DNA of 64,000 bases from assembly GCF_036321535.1 (NCBI RefSeq), contig NC_087436.1, positions 15,314,001 through 15,378,000 on the forward strand, read 5' to 3'. Positions 37,392 through 51,445 of the stretch are shown in pieces (the first letter of the stretch is position 1; each line of letters starts with the position of its first letter). Made by a program: the position numbers and the translations under genes. The stretch comes from Camelus dromedarius. Lineage: Eukaryota. Under the pieces are notes generated by a model that was given only the letters and a program-made list of their open reading frames with translations, made no database searches and was not told the DNA's origin.

Positions 37392-39132
37392 GACAGAAAA
37401 CGTTCAATTATTCCAAGTCTGAAAAGAGTCTGCAGTTCATGCTCCCTCCCTCTGGGCCCCCTTCTGCTCCTCGACCTCCAGGCACTCACTTCATTGACAC
37501 CACAGCCAGAGGCAGGAATGGAGGTGACATCCAAAGTCAGCAAGTGTGCCTGTTTATTCCTAAAATATCTGAGGAAGGAGGAAATTAAAATGATGGCTAT
37601 AATGACTTCAGCAACATATTTTAAGGAAAAGATATTTAAAATAAAGCCAGTCTCTGTCTCTTTCCCCCAGCACTCCCTCCATGTAACTGTAATACGTTAA
37701 ACATAATAATTAATTAAATCAATTAAATATTAATTCATTGACTAATTAAGTAGAATAAACTTCCTCTTGCCTGTGATAAACCTCTCCCTGGAGAAGTCAG
37801 CAAATTATTTCTAAAGCCTTTCTTCCTATTCTCTGCACGTATTAAATGTACCTACTACTTCATTATAATGTAACTTATCAGAGTATAATTCAATAGATGA
37901 TCCATTATATTTAAACCACATCCTGTAGAATTTAGTTATTGAAATGCTCCAAATATCACATAAGAAAGGTATTTCATAGTATGGCTCTGAGGTCAGAATT
38001 AACAGGGAAACTCTGGGATGAAACATTTTTTAGCTCAGAAGCAAAGATCTCAAAATTATTCCAAAGATCATTTGCTCCAAGCCTTTCCTGCTTATGAGTT
38101 ATCCCAGAAAGATTCTTCTGAGTTGCAAGAAGGATCATAAAAATGAAAATAATATCAGCAATCAGTTTTTGAGCGCCTATATACTCTCAGCATACTGTTT
38201 CAGCTCTCTGAGTCCACACCGTCTCCTGAGAACTGAGTTGACCCAAGCAGAAAACATACTTATAGGAAGGAGCCCGGGGTAGCTAACAGAATTATCGGAC
38301 ACAGGAAGAGCAAGCTTAGAGGTCTGCTGCTGGGCAGCCAAAAACCCAGTCAGACAGGGATCACATAGCTCCCTTTGGCAACACAGCTCAGCGGGTCCCT
38401 CCAATCAGAAAGGATTCCGCGTTGTAAAGGAAGATTCCACCTGCTGTAATTCAAAGCGTGCCTTACCCTGCCCTCACGTTAAGAAGTGGTGATGGAGAAA
38501 TGCTGTCCCCTCAAACTCATCCTTCCTCCCTGTTCTGGAATTCTTATTAAACCTCTCAGCTTCCTCTTTTCTAAGCTAGGTCCATCCCCTTTCTCAGTTT
38601 GCTTAATGCATTTATCCATCCTTGAAGATGGCAAACTTACTGCGGAAACCACTGTTGTCTGACCTAGAGTACGAATTCTCAAAACGCCTGGTATGCTGGC
38701 AGGTACCCAAGGGATATTCAACAAAGGTGTCACGAGGGAAATCAGCTGCCCTGTTACTAACAAGAAAAAAATGTGGTTTTCACAGTGCATGTTGGGGATG
38801 CCTTCATTAGCAAGGTAGTTAGACTAATTTGATGATACGTGAACAGCAGAGGAAATCTTCCTTTAAGAGTGAGTAACATGTTATTGAAAATACAGAGCCT
38901 GACTTATGCCATGCTCTTGATTATGGCAACTGAGCAAAGTGATCCATTGGGAAAAAGGAAATGCTTCCTCAGGCTTCCTCCTAATTTCTCTTCTTGGTTA
39001 ACAAGACAATAGTATTGAATTCTGATGAGACTGACATTAAGCCCAATGGTAGAGGGGAAGTGGTTCATGGGCCAGTCTCAACCAGCAGCTTCTTTAGAAT
39101 GAAGTATTTAAGAAAAAATGAGACAGTGGTGA

Positions 39133-39248
39133 GGGGAGAGTATAGCTCAGAGGTAGAGTGTGTGCTTAGCATGCACATGGTCCTGGGTTCAATCCCCTGG
39201 ACCTCCATTAAAATGCTAATACTAATACTAACACTAATAATAATAAAA
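39133..39248 (+). mobile_element. tRNA-Ala-derived SINE (vic-1 type)
   Basis: tRNA-like head with a (CTAATA)n/(TAA)n tail. Flanks AGACAGTGG / AGATGGTGG fit a TSD decayed at a CpG. Confidence 0.85.
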
Positions 39249-40486
39249 AGATGGTGGCATCTAATGCCTGCCAGCCCCACCCCCATCCAATCCGCCTGCT
39301 GGGTCCCACATATTGTTCGGAGATGGAATTTTATGTACAGATGGTTTTCCTAGACACCAAAACTATAACAAAGGCAAGTTCTGATGATAAAGGACAGATT
39401 TCACTCCTGGCTTAATTTCCATGAGAGACAGGAAGACCTCAACACAGTAGAAGACTGGGAAAACACGCAGGTGATTGCCCCAACAAATTCAGTAATTCTA
39501 GTCTTTCTGGTCATCTTTCTCTGTTGTCCCAAACCTGCTCATTCGCAGGCACTGCATAATCACAGGGGAAGGCACAGGGAGGGGCAACTTGCCAGAATTA
39601 TTCTGTCTCACCTGAAACAAAAGTCAGACATAAAAATGAAGGGAGAGCGGGCCCTTTAAAAAAGCTAGTGTATAAATGCAAATGTTTACAAGGAACAACT
39701 TTCTCTGCTATTAAGAAGTCTTCCACATTTTATTGGAAGAGCCCATTGAGCGAATCTTTCTTAATTTCTAAACCAAGTAACTATATCAGTTTTAGAATAA
39801 GGAAATGAATAAATATAATACATAATTTTTTAAAAGTTGGCATGGGACAAAAGAAAATTACACCAAGAAAGTAAAAGAAGCAGACTATAAACTCCCTTTC
39901 TGTTTTCCTTGCTTTTTGGTTTTCTTACAACTACCTGAAGAAAAACGTGTAGGGCATTTCTTGCTGATAAATTTTTAATGATCTCTGAGGAGCGTGCAGA
40001 GAAAGAGTAAAAGGTTTACACCAACTTGCAGATGAAATTCTCCCTCCTCTCTGCACATTGGTTTCCAAGACGAACACCACCTGGCTGCCTTAGATAAGGT
40101 GGGGTTTTGTGTGAGGTGGTTTTTTTTTTTTTTTTTTTTTTGCATTTCTCTGTGTAGAGTGGGTGGGACCCTTCCTATCTTTTCAAAACTGATGCTTAAG
40201 ACTGAATCCTTTTGTATTGCATTATCTCCTTCATACACTTTTTGAAATTAAAAAGAAAGAAATCTAATTTTCCATTTCAAGTCAAAAAATAAATATAAGC
40301 GTAATTGATAACCCTAATTTTCCTCTCCTGTGACTGGAGAGAGGTGACATGAAGTTAATACAGGGAGGTCAGAGATAAGGGGACTTCACAGTACCTGGGA
40401 CCTGTTGAAACTCTAAAAAATGTACTGTGTGTGTGTGTGTGTGAAGACAGTGAGTACAGGTTGGTCTCCTAACTTCTATAATTTTT

Positions 40487-40636
40487 CCTACCGAAGTGTA
40501 GTTGATTTACAGTGTTGTGTTAGTTTCAGGTATACAGCATATTGACTCAGTATTTTTGCAGATTATATTCCATTATAGGTTATTCCAAGATAATGGGTAT
40601 AATTCTCTGAGCTATACAGAGTGTCCTTGTTGCTTA
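40487..40636 (-). mobile_element. Short L1 3' end with an 18-bp TSD
   Basis: TSD CTAA(C/T)TTCT(A/G)TAATTTTT at 40469-86 and 40637-54. Confidence 0.85.
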
Positions 40637-41109
40637 CTAATTTCTGTAATTTTTAAAGTAGCAAATCTAGGTGAGAAGAGCTGTCCTAGGAAAAGGGGCA
40701 GAACCAGGTGTATCTTGGATCACACGTTTAAGGCCACCTCTAGGCTACCTGGGACCCAGCCTCTGAGCCAAAACCAGCCTGTATAGGGCATGTCGGCAAA
40801 GTAGTAAAAGGGCCCCCCGGGGCCACAGTCTGGCAAGTGGATGGCTCGGCCAGAGCCAAAAGGTCCTTCTGCCGATGAGATCAAGGTGCCCTTGCTGTGG
40901 GCAGACACGGCCCCACGCGAGGGCACACGGTCAAGCAGGATGTGCACTTCATCTCCCCCATCTGCCCCTCAGCAGGGCATCCCTGTGCTATGGGCAACCT
41001 GCACTAACCTGTCCCTGCCCGGCTGGTGCATTTCCAGGAATCACAATAACAGAAACGTATCATCAACAGAAACAACACTTTGTTAACAAGTAAGAAATCT
41101 TGAGGTATT

Positions 41110-41338
41110 TGTGGTAGGCACTTTTACATGTCTGCCAATACTCAGTCTCCCTTTCTTCCTCGGGAATAAACCCTAACTTTACAGCTGAAAAACTACATTT
41201 CCCTTCTTCCTTTGTGTCTAGGTGTGGCTGTATATGTCTTGGCCAGTGAGGTGTAAACGGAATCGGTGTATGGAATAGGGAAAGATTATTAAAGAGAGTT
41301 TTCTGTTATCTACAGCTAAATCTTATGCAAACTGATAG
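41110..41338 (+). mobile_element. Old MaLR LTR (MLT1J/K-like), internally deleted
   Basis: TGTGGTAG start, ACTACATTTCCC...TAGGTGTGGC motif, and a TTCTGTTATCTACAGC...AACTGATA end. Confidence 0.6.
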
Positions 41339-44300
41339 TGTTTTCTTTGCAAATAAGATGATTTGCTCTGCAAGTAAATTGTTAAAGAGATCTCACCGCC
41401 AGCATTTAGAAGAGTGTCTCGCATATACTGGGCAATCAAAATATAAATGAATGTTTTCTACTAAGAGAAAACCAGCTAACATTTGCAGTCCATGATGAAG
41501 CAGAAATGTAGCATCAAGATAAATTTCATAACCCGTTCTCCAAATAATCCTCCAAAACATGAGAACAGTCTTTTTGAAACTTTTTAAAACTATGACCCAT
41601 AAGAACTGTATTTTACAATAATATGGTATTTACCATTACCAAATATAAAGCAGTGTTATATTTTCTATTTTATTCTGTTTTGAAGTGCTAATTGTGACCT
41701 ACCAAATTAACTTTGTGACTCAATATGACAAGATTCAGTGCTGGAAAACTCTTTAAAAATATATATGTATTTACTTCAGTGCTAAATTTTTTGTTCACTA
41801 ATAAATGAGTAAGAGCCAATACTATTTTTTAATTAAAAAACAAAATTATTTAAAATTTAATGGAAAAAAACAGTGGTAGAAATAACTAAAACACTGCACT
41901 TATTTGTACATTTTTATACGATAGTTAAATACGATCACTGATGTCTCGGGATCTCTACGACCGAAAACTAATATTGAATCTGCACTGGGCAAACCTGCCT
42001 GGGACTTAGGAGGAGCGGAGAGCTGGTGAGGTGACCTGCCCTCCTCCTGCCTCGACTCCTGCCTTCCACTCCGCACTGGCAGAGGGCCGCATCCTCTCTC
42101 TGCACTCGGCAAAGCCAGGATGTCCTGGCTCCAGGCTGGGCTCCTAGCCTCCTACCAGGGGTGGCTTAGTACTTGTGTTAGCTGTTCTTTCTCTTTGCTG
42201 AGCAGAAAATCAAATATGTGCTTCCTTTCTAAGCCAGAATTTTCAGAGTCTAGAGATAATAATTTGAGAAAGAAAAAGTCATCACGGGCTAGTTGAAAAT
42301 GGATTGCATGGGAATACAAAACACTTGCATTTTAATCCTTAGTATCTGGGCACCTTGGGCAAGACAAGTAATCTTCCAGGAAATCAGCTTCTGTGGCCGC
42401 ACAATGAGCGCGGCACCTCTGGCCTGCCGTGGAATCCCATGCAGGGCGTTCACACGTGTCAGTGAAGGTCAATGATGACACGTGGTGATAGCTTTTGGGA
42501 GAAGCGCCTTCCTCCACAGATTTTGGGGAGAACATCAAGAAGTGAGGTTCTATAAGATATTAGAAAAGCACTCTGGAACACTCAGAGGAATCCCTAATGT
42601 GTATATAAAGCTGTCACATAACCCTGGATAATCTAATGTTAAAGAATTGAAACATCATCTATTTCATATCCTCTATTCCTCTCACAAATATTCAGCTCAT
42701 AGACTCTGAATACCTCCTTTCAAAGCATGAGCCTCAGTGTTTTCAGCTGTAAAAAATAAATAAATGGGGTTGAACTAGATGACTTATCCTCTCAGTTCCC
42801 AAAATTGGAGATTCTTGGATTCCATGTCAACAGCATGAAATAAGAGCAAATTTCAATCCTTCGCCTTGGTCATTTTATCTTCCAGCATAACCAGCACACA
42901 ACTCTGTCCTAGTGCAGTGATAAGGGTGCGAGCCACAGTCTTTTGATACGTTTATTTAACCGACTGCGTATTGACTGAGTGCTTTCCATGTGTACAATAT
43001 GCGAGCAGCTGAGGACACATAAAAGAATTATGAGAAACACCCCGTCCCTCGTGGTCCTGACAGCAGCCGGCTGGTAAGATTCACACGATGAGCCAAGTGC
43101 TAAACTGCGTGGTCCCCGGGGGAAAGTGCAGCAGCAGTTTAAAGATGAGAGAAAGCAGTGTGTGCTGAAGTGCGAGGCGCTGGCCCAACGTGGGGACTGT
43201 CCTGGGACTTAACAGATGAACACATCTTGGACAGACTGACAGGAAGTAGAAAGAATTATCCAGCAGGAACACTATAATAAGAACAGAGGTCCATGAGGGC
43301 ACACTCTGACTTGAGATTTGCATCTAAAAATCATGGGGGAAGGAGGGTTGATCAGTAGGATGGGGTACGATTCGGACAGGTTTTCAAAAACAAGTGAAGG
43401 AACCTGGATTCTCTTCTGCAGGTAACTGGGACAGGTTATAGGACCTTGAGCATGGGAAGGACATTTAAACCACCCCTACTTGTTGTTTTTTTTTTTTAAT
43501 ATGATTTACGGTTTCCAAATTTGCTAGAATTTTAAAAGGTTGGATTTTTGTAGACTTGCTAGAGAAAAACAATGTCTCAATCTTAATGTTTCCCCGCAGC
43601 ACAGGCTTTCCTCCAGAGTACTTCCTACTCTCTCTGCCTCCTTCAGTAACTCTTCCCCTGGGGCGGGGTGGGGGCTAACCGTCATTGTGATAAGCCTGTC
43701 CCTTCCTCTCTCTTTTTTCTTCTGGGAGCCAGGCTGCCAGCAGGAAGTATGTATTCTTCTCTGCATCTGGGAGAGTCTGTCTAATTCTGGGCTCAGTATC
43801 AGGATATCTTACCCACAGGTATCAACCCTATTCTCCAGCATCAGTTTTATTGCTAATAAAGGTCCTCCAGCTGCCTCATTCACTTTTCCTCAACTTGTCA
43901 GAGCTTAGATGGGGAAGAAAGCCCTTAACACCCAACTGGACTGTACCGACTTTGCTGAACCTGCATTACAGGTCCCCCAGCTATGCAGATTCAGTTTACA
44001 GTGACACATACAAATGTTTTCTACTCTAGGCTCAGGGCTGCAGTGAAACAGTGCTCTCCTCCAGACACTGCCAACTTACAGCAAATGACCAAGGTGGTAC
44101 CAAGACAAACTTATGGCAACACACAGGCAGTCCTAACAGGGACTTGGGGACAGCAATTCACAGCAGACGGCTGCTGAATTTGGGCCCCCACTACCCTCCA
44201 GTCCTGTGTCCTGGCATCACCTATCTTGGCTTCCCATTGGCCCAACTCTTTCTGTATGTCCACAGCCCACACCACCCCATGGTAGCAAAGACCAGGTATG

Positions 44301-44495
44301 ACATACTGAAGTAATCCCCACAAATCACATTTTCCCTTCTTCCCTACTAACTCCGCCTCTACATTGTTTAAATAAAAATCTGTAGTCTATTTCCTCTGAG
44401 GTAAATGAGCAGGACATACACAAGATGAGTGATCAGTGAATTTAACTCTTCTAGGGAGAAGCTACATTTTAAGGAATTAACATAGATTAAATTAT

Positions 44496-45012
44496 GACAG
44501 ATGACTGGATAAAGAAAATGTGGTATATATACACAATGGAATATGACTCAGCCATAAAAAAGAATAAAATAATGCCATTTGCAGCAACATGGATGGACCT
44601 GGAGATCATCATCCTAAGTAAAGTAAAACAGAAAGAGAAAGAAAAATACCATATGATATCACTTAACTGTGGAATCTAAAAAAAAGACACAAATGAATTT
44701 ATTTACAAAACAGAAATAGACTCACAGACACAGAAAACAAACTTATGGTTACCAAGAGAGAAAGGGGCTGGGAAGGGATAAATTGAGAGTTTGAGATTTG
44801 CAGATACTAACTCCTACATATAAAGTAGATAAACAGCAAGTTTGTACTGTATAGCACAGGGAACAATATTCAATATCTTGCAGTAACCTCTAATGAAAGA
44901 ATATGAAAACAAATATATGCATGTACATGTATGACTGAACTATTATGCTATACACCAGAAACTGACACAACATTGTAAACTGACTATACTTCAATTTAAA
45001 AAATGGGAAAAA
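44496..45012 (+). mobile_element. 5'-truncated L1 with TSD
   Basis: ORF2 C-terminus ([15 protein letters not shown]...), 3' UTR and A tail. TSD AGATTAAATTAT at 44484-95 and 45013-24. Confidence 0.92.
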
Positions 45013-46244
45013 AGATTAAATTATAACATGTTGGTTATGTGAAGATGAACATTCTGAGGACAACTTTCCCAGCCGGGACTCCTGTCAACATCACTTTGCC
45101 ATCCCCATCCTCAGCCCACCACGGGGACAAATGGACACGAGAGCCGTGACACTACTTACACCTCAGGCACCATGTCCGAAGGAGGGGAAAACAGCTGCTT
45201 ATTATTATCATTATCATTAATTATTACTATTATCAATGGCAGTTCCAGAAGTAGCTACCATTTCTGGAGTCCCAGCTCTGTGCCAAGCATTGTGTTAGGG
45301 GCTTCACATACATTATCTGAATTAATTTCCCTTGGCCTAAGAAAGACAGGTATTAGGGTTCTCATCTTACAGATGCTCACAAACTTGCCAAGCAAAGTAC
45401 ACAGTAAGTGGCAGAGGAGAGATCAAGTCTGCCTGATACCAAATTTCACATTCTTTATACAATAGTATTGCCTTAGAGAAGCCAAGACAAGAATTCTAAC
45501 AATTCTTTGATATTCTCATCCCCCTGTCCTCTGAAAACAGAGCAGAAATACTTCGAAATTGAATAGCTGCATTAACTGCGTGGACTAATTAAGGTCAAAG
45601 ACGCGGTTTCTCACTGTAAGAGTTCAAGTTATGGCATTTTGGAAGATTTATACCCATCCCTGCCCTTTTATGGCCCGACCCCGCCTCCAAACAATTCAGC
45701 TCCATTTCTCAGAAATAAGCTGCTCCCAGGGACAGATTAGGACTTCAGAAAATAGCTTCTCTAAAGAACTCACTGGCCCACCACAGAAAGAGGTGAAATT
45801 CATCACTAAGCCAACAAGATAAAAAAAAAGTTCTTAAAACCAACAAAAGGAAAAAAATTTAATATGCGATATCAACTTTCCTACTGTCACTGGGACAAAT
45901 GCCAACAACAGAGAAGCAATGCCCTCAGCTGAGGACAACTATAATAATACATTAAACCCACCAGTCCCAAAAGCATTAACTCCTGGCCTCACTGCTCCTG
46001 GCTAGCCCTGTAAGTACTCGGTTCCTCAGACCTGGATCATGCATTCAGGACTGATTCCACCAGCACCAACTAGAGATGGACGCATGGAGTCATTCAGCCA
46101 CAGGATAACTTCCTTGCTCCCATCACAATACAGTACAAACTTCAGGTCCCAAAAAGAATAGTGGTTTTCAAATACGGGTCTCCAGTGTTCAAACCTGATT
46201 TGGAATCCAATGATTCACAATACACTTTCAAGAATTATCATCCA

Positions 46245-46401
46245 GCAGTGCTTCTGAACCCTGGTGCCATGTTAGAATCCCCTGGGGAGCTTTTTAAAAA
46301 TACGCCTGCTCACATCCCACCTGGATCCAGGTAAATCAGACTCTCGAGGGGTGGGGCCAGGCTTCCCTTGATTCTGCTGTGCACCAGCATGAGAACCACT
46401 A
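46245..46401. mobile_element. MER5A1-like hAT-Charlie element
   Basis: CAGTGCTTCT...TTAGAATCCCCTGGGGAGCTTTTTAAAA...TGAGAACCACT. Confidence 0.7.
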
Positions 46402-47322
46402 TCACAAAGGATGCCTGCCCCACACAGGTGATAAGGAGCCATGTAAGATATTTCAGCTGATGCAATAACAAATGGAAAAAAAAGAAAGAAGAGAAAGAAA
46501 CAAACCTGGATTTTGCTGAGCGGTAAGTACTCTGTAAATATTAAGATGAACAATGACATTCTTTCCGAAGAAAATTCAGGCCCAGAAGGTAATGAGCACT
46601 TAAAGGCATCGTCAGTGATGAAATCCCCCGCCCTGTGTTGCCCACTCAGTCATCAAGTCATTCTGCTTGACACACTATCTTCTACCACCTACCACACAAG
46701 ATAAGTATTTTGTAGAGCTTGAGAAAAGATTTAAATCTCTATTGAAGGAAACAAAGGAGTCATTTGGAAGCTTCCCAAAACTTCATTTATCCAACTGGGC
46801 AGCGGAATACTGCACATGATTGAAAAAGTTAATTGCCCAAATGAGTACTTGCGGCTTTCCTAGGAATAATAGCAGGATTTAACTAATTCCCAACTATTAT
46901 GAGAAGACTCATGCCAGAAGAGTTAATGTTTTGCATTAATGAGTAAAAGAATCTAAGCGCTGGATACAAAAACAGGTTGCCAGACTACCCACTTTTTTAC
47001 CTTCCTTCTACCAGGAAAGAACCAACAGCCTCGTCTCTCACGTGCCGTTTCTAGCATGGTGAGGTACAAAGTGACCCAACCATTGCTCTGCACTGCCACC
47101 CTCACTTTCATGGTAGGAACAAAGGGTTCCATGTGAGATCTGCAGGTTAATGAAGTAAAAATACTGTTCCTTTCTTCTTCTTTTTTGAAGCTAGAACCCA
47201 TCCATCGGAGATGTATTTGCAATCAAGAACCAGGGTTTTAATGCTGGGTGTGGCAGTCCTATTCCTTTCTTCTTTTAAAACAGGGCCACCAAAAAATTAA
47301 ACCCAAGAGCCTCTTTTTAGCT

Positions 47323-47336
47323 CCACTAGATGGTGC
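47323..47336 (+). promoter_or_regulatory. Candidate CTCF site
   Basis: CCACTAGATGGTGC is a close match to the CTCF core CCACYAGRKGGCRC and lies in unique intronic sequence. Confidence 0.5.
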
Positions 47337-48298
47337 AAGCTCTCCTTTTGGAACAGACTTCCCAGGAGGAGAAACTCAAGCAGGACATCAAAAAATGAAT
47401 ATGGGCACAACCAAGCAGCCCCTGCCCTTCACAGGAGCCTGGGTGGGAAGGGGGTGTGCTGTCTAAGAAATCATTCTATTTTGAAATTAACAAAAGCATA
47501 AGGAAAATTTTTTTTCTAAATTCTGCATTAGAAGCTCAAGAGTTAACTTATGCCATGGAAGGAATCGTGAAATTCAGATTTACTTCGAGGGAAGCAATAG
47601 AAAGAGATGACATTGAAGCCTCAAGACCTGGAGACCTGGGCTCTGTAATCAGCTGTGCGAGCCTGAGCGAGTCACCGGACCTCTCCAGTCCTCAGGGTCA
47701 TTATCTGAAAAATGAGGATCTGGGACTAGACAATCTCTGGAACTATGTCTAGTACTAAATCCTGTCTAGTACTAAAATCCTATGAATGTGCATAACGTAT
47801 TCCGTTTCCATCTTCAATTTAATCTCTCCACTTTAGATTTGGCAAGAACTTTAAATACAAAGGATATGTTTTGTGAAATCCATGCAGTCTGAAATTTGTT
47901 TTAAATTAGTTATTAATTCACTTACTGAAAAACTGAGATCTTATTAATTTATTTATTGAAAAACAATTATAGAGCGCCTACTGGGTGCCAAGTATGGGGC
48001 TAACAGTGGCAGGGAATGAGGACTGGGAGACTTTGAATGAGTCCCTCACCTCTGCTCCACACGTCACTCCTCCACGAAACTGAACTCTAACCGATTGCAA
48101 AGTTCTCAACTTCAACGATCTAAGAAAAAACTGCACAGCTAAACCCACTAGCTCTATTAAAGCATTTAACCCAAATGTAAATATCATACATTCTGACCCA
48201 GATAGTTTGATGCCTTGATAACCATGGCAATGATATACCATCAATTATTTTCGACTTGATCTCTCGTAGCCAATGCTTCAAGCCAAAAATAATAAAGA

Positions 48299-48570
48299 GG
48301 GTGGGAAGGGATGAATCAGGAGTTCAAGATTTGCATATACTAATATATATAAAATAGATACATAACAAGTTTATACTGTATAGCACAGGGAACTATATTC
48401 AATAATTCAATTCTTGTAGTAACTTGTGGTGAAAAAGAATATGAAAACAAATATATGTATGTTCACGTATGACTGAAACATTATACTGTACACCAGAAAC
48501 TGACACAACATTGTAAAATGACTATACTTCAATAAAAAACATGTATATACAAAAAAAAACCCACAAAAGA
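48299..48570 (+). mobile_element. L1 3' end with TSD
   Basis: TSD CAAAAA(T/C)AATAAAGA at 48284-98 and 48571-85. Confidence 0.88.
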
Positions 48571-49769
48571 CAAAAACAATAAAGAAAAGCTGGCCCACTA
48601 GTATAATTTCATTTCTAAGTGTGGAGAGCACATTTCAAACATGAATCTTAGCGCCATCACTAACTCTTTAGTAATATTTTTTGTTCATTTTCCTTCTACT
48701 TCTCTAAGATAGCCATATCCTCCTTTATATTTTTCCTGAAATACCTGTCTCAGGTTGGGTCATTTCCCTTTTGGACCTCCACAACAAATGAGCACTGTCT
48801 TGCTTTCAGCAAAAGCCACCTCCAGCCAATCCTAAACACCCCTTCCCTCAGGCTCCCCACTTCTCGTCCCCTCCACGCCACCCCAGAGGGCTCGCTGTCA
48901 GCCACACATCAGTTCACCAGCCTGACTTGACCCCAACAGACTGGAACTCTTCAACCTCTCCTCTGCTTTCTCCTATCACTCCTTCACAGTTGCTCCACAC
49001 ACTATACCCCCACCTACTCACCATATTCACATTCACATGTTTACTTATTTATTCAGAAAACAGCACACTACCTACTGTGCACAGGGCACAGGGTGCTAGA
49101 CATGTTGCCATCATATGGGTTCAAGGAAGGGATGGATAAATACACGCGGATGGTCTCTACCCTCATGGCGTCCACCTCCTGGCAGGACAGGTAAGACATA
49201 TTAAACCCACAGTGACCACACAAGGGGATCTTTAATGCCATGCAAGTGACAGCGGCCAAAGTTGAGAGAAGTGAGGAGTGATTGCCTCCTTCTGGCTTGA
49301 TCAGAAAGACTTCCAGAGGGAGGGGGCATGTGGTCTGGACACTGGAGGATGAGAAAGATTGGGATAAGTATAGGTGTAGGAGAAAGGCAGCTCAAATACA
49401 GGGAAGACATAAGCATATGTATTTAACTAGAGGGCTAATTCACACCCGGTATACAGCAAAGGGTCCGGGACAGCTGAAGAAGTGAGTCTCTGGAGAGGGG
49501 AGGAGGGGGAGGTTTGGGACTGGCCTAGGAAACATTCATATAACTGGGCTCCACCAAGTCTCATCTGAGTTACTTCTCCAGGACCTTGAAGTCTCCAGTT
49601 CTTCACCTATCTCCTCCTGGCAATATGCCAAGTTTTATATTAATACAGACAATAATAACAGTATTATAGTATAGTATTACCACTCAATGAAAGCACTGTT
49701 GGGTCATGTAAAATTATGATTTTCCAACAAGTACATAATATATATAGAAAGAGTTACAACAGCGTTAAC

Positions 49770-49985
49770 ATAAACATAGCACTTACTCTGTGCCAGGTGT
49801 CACTTTAAAATTATTTAATCCCCACAACTCCTAAAAGGTATGCACCATTCATTACCAACCTCATTTTACAAATGAAAATGAGGAAAATGGTTCAGAGAGG
49901 TTAAAGATTCTGCCCAAGGGCACACAACTAGCAAGTGGCAGAGCTGAGATATCAACCCTGGCAGTCTGACTCTAAAGTCCACATT
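49770..49985 (-). mobile_element. MIR SINE
   Basis: CATTTTACAAATGA...AGAGAGGTTAAAG...GCCCAAGGGCACACAACTAGCAAGTGGCAGAGCTG. Confidence 0.7.
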
Positions 49986-51445
49986 GTATCAAACACTTTG
50001 CAAAGACCTTACTCACTAGATACCACTACCTCTAGGTTTAAGTCAATGAATGAATAAATCTGGCTTCCTCTTTGCTCTCTATCTGAAGTCTACCTACTCA
50101 AGCCGATGTTTTTTGGTTTTCATTTTTATTTATTTTGGCAGAGCATCAGAATCAGCATTATAGAGACAGGGATGCCCCACAAGCCTCCACGAAGCTGTCG
50201 ACACCAAGGTGATGACCTCCTGAATCCTATGGCCAGTTAGTTAGTTCACTATTTGGCCTGTGAATATGAAAAATAAGAGGAAAGATTTGGATTTTCATTC
50301 ACATAACGATACGCCCAGGCCTCAGCTACATACACACCAGCTGCCTTACCTGGAACCTCTGTGTCTACAAAATTTCCAAAGACATAGTGCTTAAGTAGGC
50401 TAGAAACTCAGCACAAGACCTTAGATATGAATTACAAGATTTTCTTTAGGAGAAAAAAAAAAGGCGAATGTTCCAATAGCTTCTATTATAATCTGTTTCC
50501 ACATTCTCAGGTGCTTTCTACAATAAATACTAGACATTATATTTTGTTCCATAGTTGGTCCACAAATGATAGCTCTGGGATAAACCATGGACTCTCTGAG
50601 GCTTTTCTGTATGCTGATAAGGAGAAAAGGACGTTTGCATATGGATCTAAACAACTGTATGCATCATCAACCCAGAATATGGGAAGTGAAGAAGTTACGG
50701 TCAACGATCAACCAGAGAAAGTCTGCCCACCCCCTTTATCTCAAGGGACTTTTTTGCCTTCTGCCCACAGCACCAAGGCACCTGGGAGGACCAGCAGCAG
50801 TGGAATGGTGATGCCCTGTAACATTCTGTGACATACGTGACATCGGTGAGTGGCTAGTATTCCCACTGCAGGCTGACAAGATTTCCATCTGAAAGGCGTT
50901 TTTATGATATTAACATCACTGTCCACATATCCTAGTAGCATCACACGGGAGAGCAGAGCTGATTTCAGGGTAACAAATATGATGCTCGTCCAGCGTCCTG
51001 AACCATGTACCTCAGTCAAACACTCTATACACCTCAGGGGCAGAAACACACTTTTAGAACCCTACAATCTCCTTGCACGACTCACCTTTGGAGAATGCTA
51101 CTACTAAGTCCTTAAATTATGCAAAGTACTTGGACCTACATTACCTGCTTAGACGGCTAAAACAGCTCCAGACGGGGAAAGGGGAGATCTCACCCCTGTT
51201 TGAATACCTTGCTCATTTGGAAGAGGCTTCACAGCTTCCCAAAGTGTTGTTAATCCACCTGCTTGTCTGATGCTCACCACAGTCTTGGGATGCTGACAGG
51301 GTGGGACTATTACTACATCAGAAAACTGAACCCTTAGCTGAGTTAAGACCCTTGCAATCACACAGAAAACTAGAACCCATGTCTTCCGAATCCTAGTTCA
51401 ATAAAAGAGCATCAATAATCAAAGCGTCAGCAGAAGGTCACAGGT

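Noticed and set aside
37151..37700. 145-160 aa plus-strand ORFs (also 50427..50831) as nested genes or retrocopies
   Set aside because: No recognisable homology, poly(A)/TSD signature or splice structure.
50350..50443. Possible 94-nt cryptic exon ending at CAG|GTAAGG
   Set aside because: The acceptor is AAG after a simple poly(T) run; frameshifting, with no other support.
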